A DNA stretch of 64,000 nucleotides from Tissierellales bacterium (GCA_035301805.1 DATGTQ010000188.1:16234-80233); one strand, 5' to 3'. Counted from the stretch's first letter, positions 29,020 through 39,706 are shown. The notes: a model not told the origin generated them from the letters alone. A program made the numbers and translations.

Positions 29020-29706
29020 ATGAATAATGGTGTTAAGGTTATATTAGAAGGATTCACTAAGTCCTATGTTAAAAAAACAAAAGAGCCAAGTGATTTTAGT
29101 TTTGGTTTTAAGGTAGACAACAATTGGTATTACATATTTATTCAAAAAGATGGTGAGTTTGAAGTAATAAAAGAGGAACCACCAAAAGATAAGCTTTATT
29201 TTACCACAGACAGTGAAACCCTTAAAAAAATATATAATGGAAAAATGGCGATTATGACCGCCATGGGTAGAGCCCGTTGGGATGATCCTACACCTTTAGA
29301 TATAAAAAATTTAGAAGACTTCCCGCAAGATATAAATCCTTATGCTTTTGTATTTAAATACTTTACCATAGGCCAACCTGAAAAAATAAAATTAAAAAAC
29401 GAATATGCTCGAATTATCCATGGCGGCTATGCTATCCCAATTGTTTATGACGAGGGTCTTAGAACAGGTTGGTATCGAATTGAAGAAGGGATGATTATTA
29501 ATGAAGAAGAGTCTCAACAAACAAATCCTTTCCCAACATTAATAATTGCTATAGAAGGTACAGGAACTGCCAAAATAGGAGATAAAGAATATACCTTAGA
29601 AAAAGGAGATGCCTACCATATCTCCCCTAATATTCCTCATATGTTTTGGACTAATGATAAAAATGGTTTTGAGTTCATAATTATTATGTATGGAGAAAAT
29701 GCCTAA
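29020..29706 (+). CDS. Cupin-domain protein with N-terminal SCP2-like region, function unknown
   Basis: C-terminal cupin motif (GTGTAKIGDKEYTLEKGDAYHISPNIPHMFW). The N-terminal YFTTDSETLKKIYNGKMAIMTAMGRARW resembles SCP2/sterol-carrier folds. Confidence 0.5.
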   Translation: MNNGVKVILEGFTKSYVKKTKEPSDFSFGFKVDNNWYYIFIQKDGEFEVIKEEPPKDKLYFTTDSETLKKIYNGKMAIMTAMGRARWDDPTPLDIKNLEDFPQDINPYAFVFKYFTIGQPEKIKLKNEYARIIHGGYAIPIVYDEGLRTGWYRIEEGMIINEEESQQTNPFPTLIIAIEGTGTAKIGDKEYTLEKGDAYHISPNIPHMFWTNDKNGFEFIIIMYGENA

Positions 29707-29741
29707 TCCCTATTTAATATTAAAAGAATTTAAAAATAAAT

Positions 29742-29770
29742 TTGACAAGTAACTAATTTCATATTATAAT
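29742..29770 (+). promoter_or_regulatory. Sigma-A promoter of the met transporter operon
   Basis: TTGACA (29742-29747), a 17-nt spacer, then TATAAT (29765-29770). Perfect consensus. Confidence 0.8.
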
Positions 29771-29798
29771 GTACTACAATATTAAAAAATCGAATATA

Positions 29799-29941
29799 AA
29801 TCTTATCCAGAGTGGTTGAGGGACTGGCCCTATGAAACCCAGCAACCTGTGCTCATATAGTACAAGGTGCTAATTCCAGCGGTGTATAATACCGAGAGAT
29901 GAGAAGGAGATAAACCTCTTTCTTAAGAAAGAGGTTTTTTA
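29799..29941 (+). promoter_or_regulatory. SAM-I (S-box) riboswitch with intrinsic terminator
   Basis: TCTTATCCAGAGTGGTTGAGGGACTGGCCCTATGAAACCCAGCAACC...GGTGCTAATTCCAGC...GAGAGATGAGAA. The terminator is AAACCTCTTTCTTAAGAAAGAGGTTTTTT (29912-29940). Confidence 0.95.
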
Positions 29942-29986
29942 TTTATATCTTAATTTAGTTAATTATCACTATAGAGGAGTGATGTA

Positions 29987-30994
29987 ATGATTAATATAAA
30001 AGATTTATCAAAAGAATTTAATAATAATGACAAGAGTCTTTATGCCTTAAATAAAGTAAATCTTCATATAAAAAGAGGAGAAATCTTTGGAATAATTGGT
30101 TTAAGTGGTGCTGGAAAATCTACATTGATTCGATGTTTAAATAGACTGGAGGAACCAACAGAAGGAAAAATATATATAGATAATTTAGAGGTTACTAGTT
30201 TAAACAAAGATGAATTAAGAGCTTTGCGAAAAGATACTAGTATGATTTTTCAACATTTCAACCTACTATCGTCTAAAACAGTTTTTCAAAATGTAGGTTT
30301 CCCTTTAGAATTAGAAGGAATTGATAGAAACCAAATATCAAATAAAGTAAATACTCTATTAGAATACGTTGGGTTAATGGATAAAAAAGATGTATATCCT
30401 TCACAATTAAGTGGTGGTCAAAAACAAAGAGTTGCTATTGCTAGAGCTTTAGTCAATGAACCAAAGATTCTTCTTAGTGACGAAGGAACATCAGCTTTAG
30501 ATCCACAGACTACAAATTCTATTCTTCATCTTTTAAAAAAGATACGAGATGAGTTTGGCGTAACTATTGTACTAATAACTCATGAAATGGAAGTGGTGAA
30601 AGATATTTGTGATAGGGTTGCAATTATGGAGGATGGAAAAATAATTGAGGTAAATACAGTAGAAGAATTATTTAAAAATCCTCAAACTAAAACCGCAAAG
30701 TCTTTTATAGATAATTTAAAAATAGTTTCAAATGAAGAAATAATACTACCTAATGATGGTAATGGAAAACTACTTAGATTAAGTTTTACAGGAAAAAGTG
30801 CAAAGAAACCTGTCGTTTCAAATATGATAAAAAGTTTTAATTTGGATGTAAATATTCTTGCTGGGAATATAAATGAATTAACTACTACAAGTGTAGGCTA
30901 TTTAATTATCCAATTAAAAGGAAATAAGTCCGAAATAGATAAATCAATAAATTGGCTTAAAAATCAAGGAGTTAATACAGAGGTGATAAAGTGA
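29987..30994 (+). CDS. metN: Methionine ABC transporter ATP-binding protein
   Basis: GLSGAGKST, LSGGQKQRVAIARAL, LLSDEGTSALD, and a C-terminal NIL domain. S-box control and metI/metQ neighbours. Confidence 0.95.
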   Translation: MINIKDLSKEFNNNDKSLYALNKVNLHIKRGEIFGIIGLSGAGKSTLIRCLNRLEEPTEGKIYIDNLEVTSLNKDELRALRKDTSMIFQHFNLLSSKTVFQNVGFPLELEGIDRNQISNKVNTLLEYVGLMDKKDVYPSQLSGGQKQRVAIARALVNEPKILLSDEGTSALDPQTTNSILHLLKKIRDEFGVTIVLITHEMEVVKDICDRVAIMEDGKIIEVNTVEELFKNPQTKTAKSFIDNLKIVSNEEIILPNDGNGKLLRLSFTGKSAKKPVVSNMIKSFNLDVNILAGNINELTTTSVGYLIIQLKGNKSEIDKSINWLKNQGVNTEVIK

Positions 30995-31632
30995 TTGAAT
31001 TAGTCATTCCATCCTTATTGGAAACTTTATATATGGTATTTTCATCTACAATATTTTCTTTATTATTAGGTTTTCCTCTTGGAACCCTTTTAGTAATAAC
31101 AGAAAAAAATAGTTTATGGGAAAAACCTATTTTAAATCAAATTCTTAATGGAATAATTAATATTCTTCGATCTATTCCTTTTATTATTTTAATGATTTTA
31201 GTTTTTCCATTATCAAAATTAATTGTACACAAAACTACAGGAACTACTGCTACAATAGTGCCACTATCTATTGCTGCTGCACCTTTCGTTGCAAGAATTA
31301 TAGAAAGTGCATTAAAAGAAGTAGATCAAGGAATAGTAGAAGCAAGTCTTTCTATGGGAGCTACTGTACCTCAAATAATATTTAAAGTGCTTATACCTGA
31401 AGCAATGCCTTCACTGGTAATGGGTATAACTCTAACTATTATAAATTTAATTGGATTCTCTGCTATGGCAGGGGCTATAGGAGGTGGAGGACTGGGAAAC
31501 TTAGCAATTCGTTATGGTTTATATAGGTTTGAAAAAGATATTATGTTTGTATCTGTTGGAATAATTATATTGCTAGTTCAAGTTATTCAATTATTGGGAA
31601 ACAAATTAGCAAAATCTATTGACAAAAAATAA
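30991..31632 (+). CDS. metI: Methionine ABC transporter permease
   Basis: Five-TM permease with an EAS..GA...Q motif (VEASLSMGATVPQII). Overlaps the metN stop. Confidence 0.9.
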   Translation: MIELVIPSLLETLYMVFSSTIFSLLLGFPLGTLLVITEKNSLWEKPILNQILNGIINILRSIPFIILMILVFPLSKLIVHKTTGTTATIVPLSIAAAPFVARIIESALKEVDQGIVEASLSMGATVPQIIFKVLIPEAMPSLVMGITLTIINLIGFSAMAGAIGGGGLGNLAIRYGLYRFEKDIMFVSVGIIILLVQVIQLLGNKLAKSIDKK

Positions 31633-31644
31633 GGAGGATTTAAA

Positions 31645-32442
31645 TTGAAAAAAATATCATTAATTTTTTTAACATTAATACTAACTTTTACATTATTTAC
31701 TGGCTGTGGAAAAGAAGAAAATAGTAATAAAATTAAAATAGGAGTATCTCCAGTTCCTCATAGTGAAATTATTGAATTTATTAAAGATGATTTGGAGAAA
31801 GATGGAGTTGAAGTTGAGATTGTTGAATTTACTGATTATATTATACCTAATAAAGCTTTAGACGACAAAGATATAGATGCAAACTTCTTTCAACATGAGC
31901 CTTATATGAATGATTTTAGAGAAAAAGAGGATTTGGATATTGTCTCCTTGGGAGCTGTCCATATAGAACCTATGGGATTATTTTCAACTAAGCATGATAA
32001 TATAAATGATTTAAAAGATGGTAGCACTATAGCTATTCCTAACGATGCTACTAATGGTGGTAGAGCATTACTTCTTCTTGAACAAAATGGCTTAATTAAA
32101 TTAGATGATAAAGCAGGTTTACTTGCTACAGAAAATGATATAGTTGAAAACCCAAAAAATTTAGAGATTGAAGCTTTAGAAGCTGCACAACTTCCTAGAG
32201 TTTTAAATGACCTAGATGGAGCAATTATAAATGGAAATTATGCTTTAGAGGCGGATTTAGTTCCCACAGAAGATGCCCTTATTTTAGAAGAAAAAGATTC
32301 CCCTTTCGCTAATATTATAGCCATTAGAAAAGGGGAAGAAAATGAAGAAAAATTTAAGATACTTATGAAGCATATTCAAAGTGATAAAGTTAAAAAGTTT
32401 ATTGAAGATAATTATGAAGGAACATTAATACCAGCATTTTAA
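31645..32442 (+). CDS. metQ: Methionine-binding lipoprotein (NlpA/MetQ family)
   Basis: Lipobox FTGCG. KIKIGVSPVPHSEI.., NFFQHEPY motifs. Confidence 0.9.
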   Translation: MKKISLIFLTLILTFTLFTGCGKEENSNKIKIGVSPVPHSEIIEFIKDDLEKDGVEVEIVEFTDYIIPNKALDDKDIDANFFQHEPYMNDFREKEDLDIVSLGAVHIEPMGLFSTKHDNINDLKDGSTIAIPNDATNGGRALLLLEQNGLIKLDDKAGLLATENDIVENPKNLEIEALEAAQLPRVLNDLDGAIINGNYALEADLVPTEDALILEEKDSPFANIIAIRKGEENEEKFKILMKHIQSDKVKKFIEDNYEGTLIPAF

Positions 32443-32700
32443 TAAAAGAACTATTTAGAAAAGAGGGTTAAATAACCTTCTTTTTCTAAATTTTCTACCA
32501 TTAAACTCCATCATACTAAACAATAACATCACGATAATTCACTTTTAATTAAATAATATTTAAAGTATCACTTTGAATTATCTACTATGCTTTCAGTAAG
32601 GTGGCTATATCAAGGTCTTTATAGGCCATAACTATTTCGTCTCTAGTTTCATAAGGCCAATCTTCTTCGTAATCAATAGTAATTTTAGCATCATAATTTT

Positions 32701-33318
32701 TTACTTCTCTTCTCCAGACATAAATCCCTTTTCTAAAGCATCATCCAACATATTTTCTACGTACTCCCAAAGCTCCTTTGAACTTTTCTTTATTGGGGAA
32801 ATTCTTTCATATACTTGTCCCTTAGAAATATTAAACTTCCTCCAGGTTCCTCCACCTGAATAATAATTTTGTAGCATAGGTTGCAATCTATCCATAGAAG
32901 CTGCAAATAATGCATCCTTTGTTTCCATTTCCTCAAATTCTTCCCATAATTCACTTATTTCCTTACCTTCTTTTTCTGGAAGCATACTAAATAATTTATC
33001 TGCTGCAACTTTTTCTCTTTCCTTTTTGTCTAAATTTCCTATTTCATCATAACAAAAAGTGTCGCCTGCATATATTTCTACTAAATCATGGACTAAAAGC
33101 ATTTTTATCACTTTACATTCATTTATATCTTCATTTGCATATTTAGAAAGGAGCATAGTCATTACAGCTATATGCCAAGAATGTTCTGCATCATTTTCTC
33201 TTCTTGATTTGTCTACAAGACTAGTTTGCCTGAAGATACTTTTCATTTTATCTAGTTCAATTATAAATTCTATTTCTTTTTCTAAATCTTTATTGTACAT
33301 AATCTTCATCTCCTCCAT
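32701..33318 (-). CDS. HD-domain phosphohydrolase (YfbR-like 5'-nucleotidase family)
   Basis: ENDAEHSWHIA...LVHDLVEIYAGDT gives an H..HD..D metal motif. Confidence 0.75.
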   Translation of the reverse strand: MEEMKIMYNKDLEKEIEFIIELDKMKSIFRQTSLVDKSRRENDAEHSWHIAVMTMLLSKYANEDINECKVIKMLLVHDLVEIYAGDTFCYDEIGNLDKKEREKVAADKLFSMLPEKEGKEISELWEEFEEMETKDALFAASMDRLQPMLQNYYSGGGTWRKFNISKGQVYERISPIKKSSKELWEYVENMLDDALEKGFMSGEEK

Positions 33319-33469
33319 GAATATAATTACATTTCTAATCTACTTTAGTTTATCATACTTTTATAAGTACAAAACCTATATTTACCCTTTATGAATTTAT
33401 TATAAGTTTCATTACATATGTAAATACTATGAAAGATGTAGTTTATTTTAAATCATTAGGAGGGATAGC

Positions 33470-33646
33470 TTGGGAAAAAATAAAGACAATAGATTTAAGG
33501 AAAAGAAAGTCTCTATCCCTATAGAAAATCAAAATACTGCAGCATATTATAATATAAAAGGTCTAACTCCTATTGCAAAAGTTCCTATACCAACTTTATC
33601 TGGGGTAAGAGATGCTAAAGAATGGGTAGACGAAAATAGAAAATAA
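33470..33646 (+). CDS. Small 58-aa protein with TTG start (resembles DUF3787-type clostridial small proteins)
   Basis: AGGAGGG RBS 4 nt before the TTG. Translates to LGKNKDNRFKEKKVSIPIENQNTAAYYNIKGLTPIAKVPIPTLSGVRDAKEWVDENRK*. Its own terminator is at 33655-33687. It is below the 60-aa cut-off of the supplied ORF track. Confidence 0.5.
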   Translation: MGKNKDNRFKEKKVSIPIENQNTAAYYNIKGLTPIAKVPIPTLSGVRDAKEWVDENRK

Positions 33647-33654
33647 ATAGTAAA

Positions 33655-33687
33655 ATGGGAGTAGATTTCTCTACTCTCATTTTATTT
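33655..33687. terminator. Bidirectional terminator shared by the small ORF and nifJ
   Basis: atgggagtag (33655-33664) pairs with ctactctcat (33671-33680), with one G-U pair. U-runs are present on both strands. It overlaps the nifJ stop codon. Confidence 0.65.
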
Positions 33688-36600
33688 CTGCCATATTTTT
33701 ATAGATTTCATATCTTTCTTTGGCATCCTTTTCTGCCTTCTCATACAATTCTTCTGCTAACTCTGGGAATGTACGTTGCAACTGGGAATACCTTACTTCT
33801 CCTAATAAAAATTCTTTCAGAGATTCTTTTGGTTCTTTAGAATCTAGTACAAAAGGATTTTTTCCCTCTTCTTTTAATTTTGGGTCATATCTATATAGAT
33901 GCCAATATCCAGATTCTACAGCTTTCTTTTCCTGTTTAACAGTTTTACCCATTCCCACTTTTATACCATGACTTACACAAGGTGCATAAGCTATTATTAA
34001 AGAAGGCCCATTATAATTTTCTGCTTCTACAATAGTTTTTATTGTATGGTTCATATTTGCACCTAAAGATACTTGGGCTACATAAACATATCCATAAGTC
34101 ATAGCCATTCTACCTAAATCTTTCTTTTTAGTTCTTTTCCCTGCCGAAGCAAATTTAGCTGCCGAGGCTGTAGGAGTCGCCTTTGATGCCTGACCCCCAG
34201 TATTAGAGTATACTTCCGTATCAAAAACTAAAATATTTACATCTTCATTTTTAGAAAGTACATGATCTAATCCTCCATATCCTATATCGTAAGCCCAGCC
34301 ATCTCCACCTACTATCCATTGACTCTTCTTAACTAAGAAATCCTTTCTTTTAAGAATTTCTTTTACTATAAAGTTATCTTTATACTCATCTTTACTTAAT
34401 ATATTAACTAGTCTTTCAGATACTTCTTTAGATTTTTCTCCATCATCTATTGATTCTATCCACTCTTTAAATATTTGACTACATTCTTCACTAATATTAG
34501 ATTCTATTCCTTCCTCCATTAATTCCTTTAGCTTTTGCCTTATTTGTTTTGTTGCTAAATAAATTCCAAATCCAAATTCTGCATTATCCTCAAATAATGA
34601 ATTTGCCCAAGCTGGTCCTTTTCCACCATGGGTAGTAGTATATGGAATACTTGGAGCACTAGCTCCCCATATTGAAGAACAGCCTGTAGCGTTGGCAATA
34701 ATGGCCCTATCCCCATATAGTTGAGTAACTAGTTTTAAATAGGCAGTTTCTCCACATCCTGCACAGGCTCCATGAAATTCAAGTAAAGGCTTTGAAAATT
34801 GGCTTCCCTTTAACATTGTCTTTTTCATTAAATTATCTTTGTAGATAATATTATTTGCAGCATACTCCCAATTTTCTTCTTGTCTTTCTATTTCTTTTTC
34901 AGCCTTAACCATTACTAAAGCCTTTCCAGGTGCTGGACAAATATCAGCACAGTTTCCACATCCTGTACAATCAAGAGGGCTTACCTGTATCCTATATTCT
35001 AAACCTTCTAGCCCTTTTCCCACAGCTTTCTTAGTCTCAAAGGTTTCTGGAGCATTTCTTTTTTCCTCTTCATCTAGTAAGAATGGCCTAATAACTGCAT
35101 GAGGACAAATGTAGGAACATTGATTACATTGAATACATTTATCTGTTTGCCATTGAGGAACCATAACAGCAATTCCTCTTTTCTCATAGGCTGTAGTTCC
35201 CATGGGAAATGTTCCATCTTCCATACTTTGAAAGGCACTAGTTGGAAGCTGATCTCCTTCTAGTTTGGCCATTGGTCGTTGAATTTTCTTTACAAATTTT
35301 GGTTCATCCTTTATTTCTTCCTTTTCTTCTTCTAAATCTCCCCAAGTATCAGGGACATTAACTTTTACTAATGCATTTATTCCCTCATCTACCGCTTTAT
35401 AATTCATGTCTACAACCTTTGAACCCTTTTTACCATAGGTTTTGTTTATAAACTCTTTTAAATACTTTACTGCATCATCTAAAGGTATTACTTTAGCTAG
35501 CTTAAAAAATGCAGCCTGCATTATCATATTTATCCTAGTACCTAACCCTATTTCCTGAGCAATGTCCTCTGCATCTATTATATAAAAGTCTATATTGTTA
35601 TCTTTTATATACTTCTTTAGCTTATTAGGTAGTTTTTCTTCTAATTCTTCTTCTTTCCAAGGAGAGTTTAAAACAAAAGTACCACCCTTTTTTAATCCTT
35701 TTAAAATATCATAATGATATATATAGGATTTATTGTGACAGGAAATATAGTCTGATTCATAAACTAAATAAGTCGATTTTATAGGGCTTTCTCCAAACCT
35801 CAGATGAGAAACTGTAGTTCCACCTGATTTTTTACTGTCATAGGAAAAATAACCTTGAGCATATAATGGTGTATTATCCCCTATTATTTTTATTGCCATT
35901 TTATTTGCTCCTACCGTCCCATCAGAACCTAATCCCCAAAATTTACATCTAATAGTCCCTTTAGGTGAAGTATCAATAGATTCTTTCGTATCTAAAGAGT
36001 TATTAGTAATATCATCAACAATACCTATAGTAAAATTATTCTTAGGTTCAGATTTATTTAAATTTTCATATACTGCTATTATTTGTTCTGGAGTAGTATC
36101 CTTTGAACCTAATCCATATCTTCCTCCTACAATTAATGGCTTAATATCCGTATCATAAAATAAATTTCTTACATCTAAATACAAAGGTTCACCTAAAGAA
36201 CCAGACTCTTTAGTTCTATCTAATACAGCTACTTTCTTAACTGTACTAGGAAGTACATCAAGGAAATGTTTCTTAGAAAAAGGTCGATATAATCGAACCT
36301 TTATTAATCCTACTTTTTCTCCCTTATTATTCAGATAGTCTATAACTTCCTCGATAGTTTGACATACTGAACCCATAGCTACAATAATATTTTCCGCATT
36401 TTCATGACCATAATAATTGAAAGGCTTATAGTCACTTCCTGTAATTTTATTTATTTCGTTCATATAATTTTCTACTATATTTGGAATCTCCTCATAGTGG
36501 GGATTTGATACTTCCATTCCTTGAAAATAAATGTCTGGATTTTGGGCTGTACCTCTAACCACTGGTCTTTCTGGATTTAAGGATCTATTTCTAAATTCAT

Positions 36601-37201
36601 CTACTTTCTCTTTATCTAATAACTTTTCTAATTCTTCATATTCAATTACTTCTATTTTTTGTATTTCGTGACTAGTTCTAAATCCATCGAAAAAATGTAA
36701 AAAAGGTACCTTCCCTTTAATAGCGGACAAATGAGCAACTCCTGCTAAATCCATAGTCTCTTGAACACTACCTGAACAAAGTAATGCAAAACCAGTTTGC
36801 CTTGTGGCCATAACATCTTGATGATCTCCGAAAATACTTAAGGCGTGAGTTGCTAATGCCCTAGCAGAAACATGAAATACTGCTGGCAAAAGTTCTCCTG
36901 CCATTTTATACATATTTGGTATCATAAGAAGTAGACCTTGAGAAGCGGTATAAGTAGTAGTTAATGCTCCTCCTTGCAAAGAACCATGGACGGTTCCTGC
37001 TGCCCCTGCTTCTGATTGCATTTCTTCCACTCTTACTTTTTGTCCAAAAATATTTTTTCTCCCTTGATTAGACCATACATCCACTAATTCTGCCATTGTA
37101 GATGATGGAGTAATTGGATATATAGCTGCAACTTCAGTAAAAGCATAAGATATATAAGCTGCTGCTTCATTTCCATCCATAGTTTTCATTTTCCTAGTCA
37201 T
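33677..37201 (-). CDS. nifJ: Pyruvate:ferredoxin (flavodoxin) oxidoreductase, single-polypeptide form
   Basis: 1174 aa. MDGNEAAAYISYAFTEVAAIYPITPSS, two 4Fe-4S motifs (CIQCNQCSYICPH, CTGCGNCADICP), TPP motif GGDGWAYDIG. Confidence 0.95.
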   Translation of the reverse strand: MTRKMKTMDGNEAAAYISYAFTEVAAIYPITPSSTMAELVDVWSNQGRKNIFGQKVRVEEMQSEAGAAGTVHGSLQGGALTTTYTASQGLLLMIPNMYKMAGELLPAVFHVSARALATHALSIFGDHQDVMATRQTGFALLCSGSVQETMDLAGVAHLSAIKGKVPFLHFFDGFRTSHEIQKIEVIEYEELEKLLDKEKVDEFRNRSLNPERPVVRGTAQNPDIYFQGMEVSNPHYEEIPNIVENYMNEINKITGSDYKPFNYYGHENAENIIVAMGSVCQTIEEVIDYLNNKGEKVGLIKVRLYRPFSKKHFLDVLPSTVKKVAVLDRTKESGSLGEPLYLDVRNLFYDTDIKPLIVGGRYGLGSKDTTPEQIIAVYENLNKSEPKNNFTIGIVDDITNNSLDTKESIDTSPKGTIRCKFWGLGSDGTVGANKMAIKIIGDNTPLYAQGYFSYDSKKSGGTTVSHLRFGESPIKSTYLVYESDYISCHNKSYIYHYDILKGLKKGGTFVLNSPWKEEELEEKLPNKLKKYIKDNNIDFYIIDAEDIAQEIGLGTRINMIMQAAFFKLAKVIPLDDAVKYLKEFINKTYGKKGSKVVDMNYKAVDEGINALVKVNVPDTWGDLEEEKEEIKDEPKFVKKIQRPMAKLEGDQLPTSAFQSMEDGTFPMGTTAYEKRGIAVMVPQWQTDKCIQCNQCSYICPHAVIRPFLLDEEEKRNAPETFETKKAVGKGLEGLEYRIQVSPLDCTGCGNCADICPAPGKALVMVKAEKEIERQEENWEYAANNIIYKDNLMKKTMLKGSQFSKPLLEFHGACAGCGETAYLKLVTQLYGDRAIIANATGCSSIWGASAPSIPYTTTHGGKGPAWANSLFEDNAEFGFGIYLATKQIRQKLKELMEEGIESNISEECSQIFKEWIESIDDGEKSKEVSERLVNILSKDEYKDNFIVKEILKRKDFLVKKSQWIVGGDGWAYDIGYGGLDHVLSKNEDVNILVFDTEVYSNTGGQASKATPTASAAKFASAGKRTKKKDLGRMAMTYGYVYVAQVSLGANMNHTIKTIVEAENYNGPSLIIAYAPCVSHGIKVGMGKTVKQEKKAVESGYWHLYRYDPKLKEEGKNPFVLDSKEPKESLKEFLLGEVRYSQLQRTFPELAEELYEKAEKDAKERYEIYKNMAEIK

Positions 37202-37267
37202 AGCATCCCTCCATAATTATTTTCTACATCTTAGTATTTTACAAATTTAAATATTAATACATGAAAA

Positions 37268-37292
37268 AACCTTATGTTCTGAAACATAAGGT
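37268..37292 (-). terminator. Intrinsic terminator after ppsA
   Basis: aaccttatgtt pairs with aacataaggtt, followed by U6 on the minus strand. Confidence 0.8.
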
Positions 37293-37342
37293 TTTTATTT
37301 GGGATCTATATCTATATATTAATTTTATATAAAATATCTAAT

Positions 37343-39706
37343 TTATTTAAAATCTCTAATCTTTTTCAAGATCATTCTTTGTTCTACTGCTGCGACGGCT
37401 CTTCTTGTATTGGCAACAGTATCAGGGTTTACACTCATACTGTCTATTCCTTCTTCAACTAGGAACTCAGCAAATTCTGGATATTGTGATGGTCCCTGAC
37501 CACAGATAGAAATAGTTTTACCATATTTATGGGCTGCTTTTATAAGTATAGATATTGCCCTTTTTACTGCCTCGTTTCTTTCGTCAAAGTATCCCATAGT
37601 GTTTAATATACCTGAATCTCTATCTGCTCCCATTACAAGTTGAGTTAAATCATTACTTCCAATACTAAATCCATCAACTAGTTGAGCAAATTCTTCAGCT
37701 TGGAATACTACTGATGGTACCTCTGCCATTATCCATATCTTAAAATCATTCCCTTGTTCTAAGCCTTCTTCAGCCATTATTTCTTTTACTTTTTCTAGTT
37801 CCCAAGTAGTTCTCACAAAAGGCAACATTGCCCATACGTTTGTAAGTCCATATTCATCTCTTACTTTTTTCATTGCTCTACATTCTAATCTAAATCCTTC
37901 TTCATATTCTGGTGAGATATATCTTGAAACACCTCTCCAGCCTATCATTGGATTATTTTCTATTGGTTCTACTTCTTCCCCGCCTTTGAGTCCTCTAAAT
38001 TCATTTGTTCTGAAATCACTTAATCTAACTACTATAGGCTTTGGATATATTTCTTGAGCTACCATTGTAATTCCTTCTGCCATTTTATCTATTAGTAGCT
38101 GTCCTTGCCCAGTTTTAACTAGATACATTGGATGAGCTCCAACCATGTTTGAAAAAATAAATTCTGTCCTCATTAATCCTATACCATCAAAAGGTAAATG
38201 CTTATACCTATCAATAATTGTTGGTTCTCCAAGATTCATATATATTTTTGTTGCTGTTACTGGTGCTAATTGATGAATTATCTCTTCTGATATTACGGTA
38301 CCTTGAGAAACCTTTGTTTCTTCTTTTTCCTTCTTTTCCTCTTGTAAAACTTTCCCTTCATAAACTACTCCCCTAGTAGCGTCTACTGTTATTATCATAC
38401 ACTCTTTTAATACTTCCGTTGCAGTCTTAGCACCAACTATACATGGTATTCCTAATTCCCTAGAAACTATAGCAGCATGACAAGTTCTTCCCCCTTCATC
38501 TGTTACAACAGCACTAGCCCTCTTCATAGCAGGAACCATATCTGGGTTAGTCATTACTGTAACCAATATATCTCCTTCTTGGACTTTTTCGATTTCTGAA
38601 ATATCATCTATTCTTCTTACTTCCCCACTAGCTAATCCGGGAGATGCTGGCAATCCTCTAACTAACATTTTTAATTCTTCTTTATCTACCATACTCTCTT
38701 CTTCCCCCTTTACTTCTTTCAAAGTAGTAATTGGTCTTGATTGAAGTATATATAGATTTTTTGTATCTTCATCGAAAGCCCATTCAATATCTTGAGATTT
38801 CTTATACATGTTCTCTATTTTTATACCGTAATCACTTAATTTAACTATTTCATCATCTGTTAAACATTGTTCATTTATCTTTTCTGGACCTATTATATCT
38901 CCTACATTACCTTCAATTGTTCCTATACTATTTTGTTTTTTAACTATCATAACAGTTTTTTCTGCTATATGTTTTTCTATTATTTCCTTATTCTCTTTAC
39001 TTACAATATATTCATCTGGAGTAACATTTCCGCCTACTATTGCCTCCCCTAATCCCCAACTTGCATTAATCATTAACTCATCTATATTACAGTTAACTGG
39101 ATTAGCTGTAAACATCACTCCTGATTTTTCACTATTTATCATCTTTTGTACTACTACACTTAAGGCTACATCAAAATGATCAAAACCTTGAGTTTCTCTA
39201 TAATATACAGCCCTTGCAGTCCATAAAGATGCCCAGCATTTTTTAGCATGTTCCAACACTGCATCTGCACCACTTATATGTAAATAAGTATCTTGTTGTC
39301 CAGCAAAAGACGCTTCTGGCAAATCTTCAGCCGTTGCTGAACTTCTTATGGCTACAAAAGGTTCTTCTATTTTTATTTTTTCGCTAAATTCTTTATAGGC
39401 TGATATTATTTCTTCTCTTAATTCTTCTGGAATTTCTACTTCTTTTATCATTTTTCTAACATCAGCACTTATTTTGTGTAATTCAGCTGAATCTTCCACA
39501 TCTAAATTATCTATTTTTTCCTTTATATTATCTTCTAAGTTTGCCAGTTTAATAAATCTTGTATAAGCATCAGCGGTTATACAAAATCCAGGTGGTACAT
39601 CTACACCATTTTGTGTCAGTTCTCCTAAATTTGCTCCTTTTCCTCCTACTATTAGTATATCATTTTTATCGATATGGTTAAACCACTTAATATACTCATA
39701 TTTCAT
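37343..39706 (-). CDS. ppsA: Phosphoenolpyruvate synthase (pyruvate, water dikinase)
   Basis: 787 aa. N-terminal ATP-grasp (GGKGANLGEL), phosphohistidine swivel (TDEGGRTCHAAIVSRELGIPCIVG), C-terminal PEP-utilising domain (GFSIGSNDLTQL). Confidence 0.9.
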   Translation of the reverse strand: MKYEYIKWFNHIDKNDILIVGGKGANLGELTQNGVDVPPGFCITADAYTRFIKLANLEDNIKEKIDNLDVEDSAELHKISADVRKMIKEVEIPEELREEIISAYKEFSEKIKIEEPFVAIRSSATAEDLPEASFAGQQDTYLHISGADAVLEHAKKCWASLWTARAVYYRETQGFDHFDVALSVVVQKMINSEKSGVMFTANPVNCNIDELMINASWGLGEAIVGGNVTPDEYIVSKENKEIIEKHIAEKTVMIVKKQNSIGTIEGNVGDIIGPEKINEQCLTDDEIVKLSDYGIKIENMYKKSQDIEWAFDEDTKNLYILQSRPITTLKEVKGEEESMVDKEELKMLVRGLPASPGLASGEVRRIDDISEIEKVQEGDILVTVMTNPDMVPAMKRASAVVTDEGGRTCHAAIVSRELGIPCIVGAKTATEVLKECMIITVDATRGVVYEGKVLQEEKKEKEETKVSQGTVISEEIIHQLAPVTATKIYMNLGEPTIIDRYKHLPFDGIGLMRTEFIFSNMVGAHPMYLVKTGQGQLLIDKMAEGITMVAQEIYPKPIVVRLSDFRTNEFRGLKGGEEVEPIENNPMIGWRGVSRYISPEYEEGFRLECRAMKKVRDEYGLTNVWAMLPFVRTTWELEKVKEIMAEEGLEQGNDFKIWIMAEVPSVVFQAEEFAQLVDGFSIGSNDLTQLVMGADRDSGILNTMGYFDERNEAVKRAISILIKAAHKYGKTISICGQGPSQYPEFAEFLVEEGIDSMSVNPDTVANTRRAVAAVEQRMILKKIRDFK

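Noticed and set aside
32576-32700. An acidic, protein-like open frame (KNYDAKITIDYEEDWPYETRDEIVMAYKDLDIATLLKA*) just downstream of the HD-domain gene.
   Set aside because: It has no start codon or RBS, is in a different frame from the HD gene, and has no recognisable family. It may be another relic, but the evidence is insufficient.
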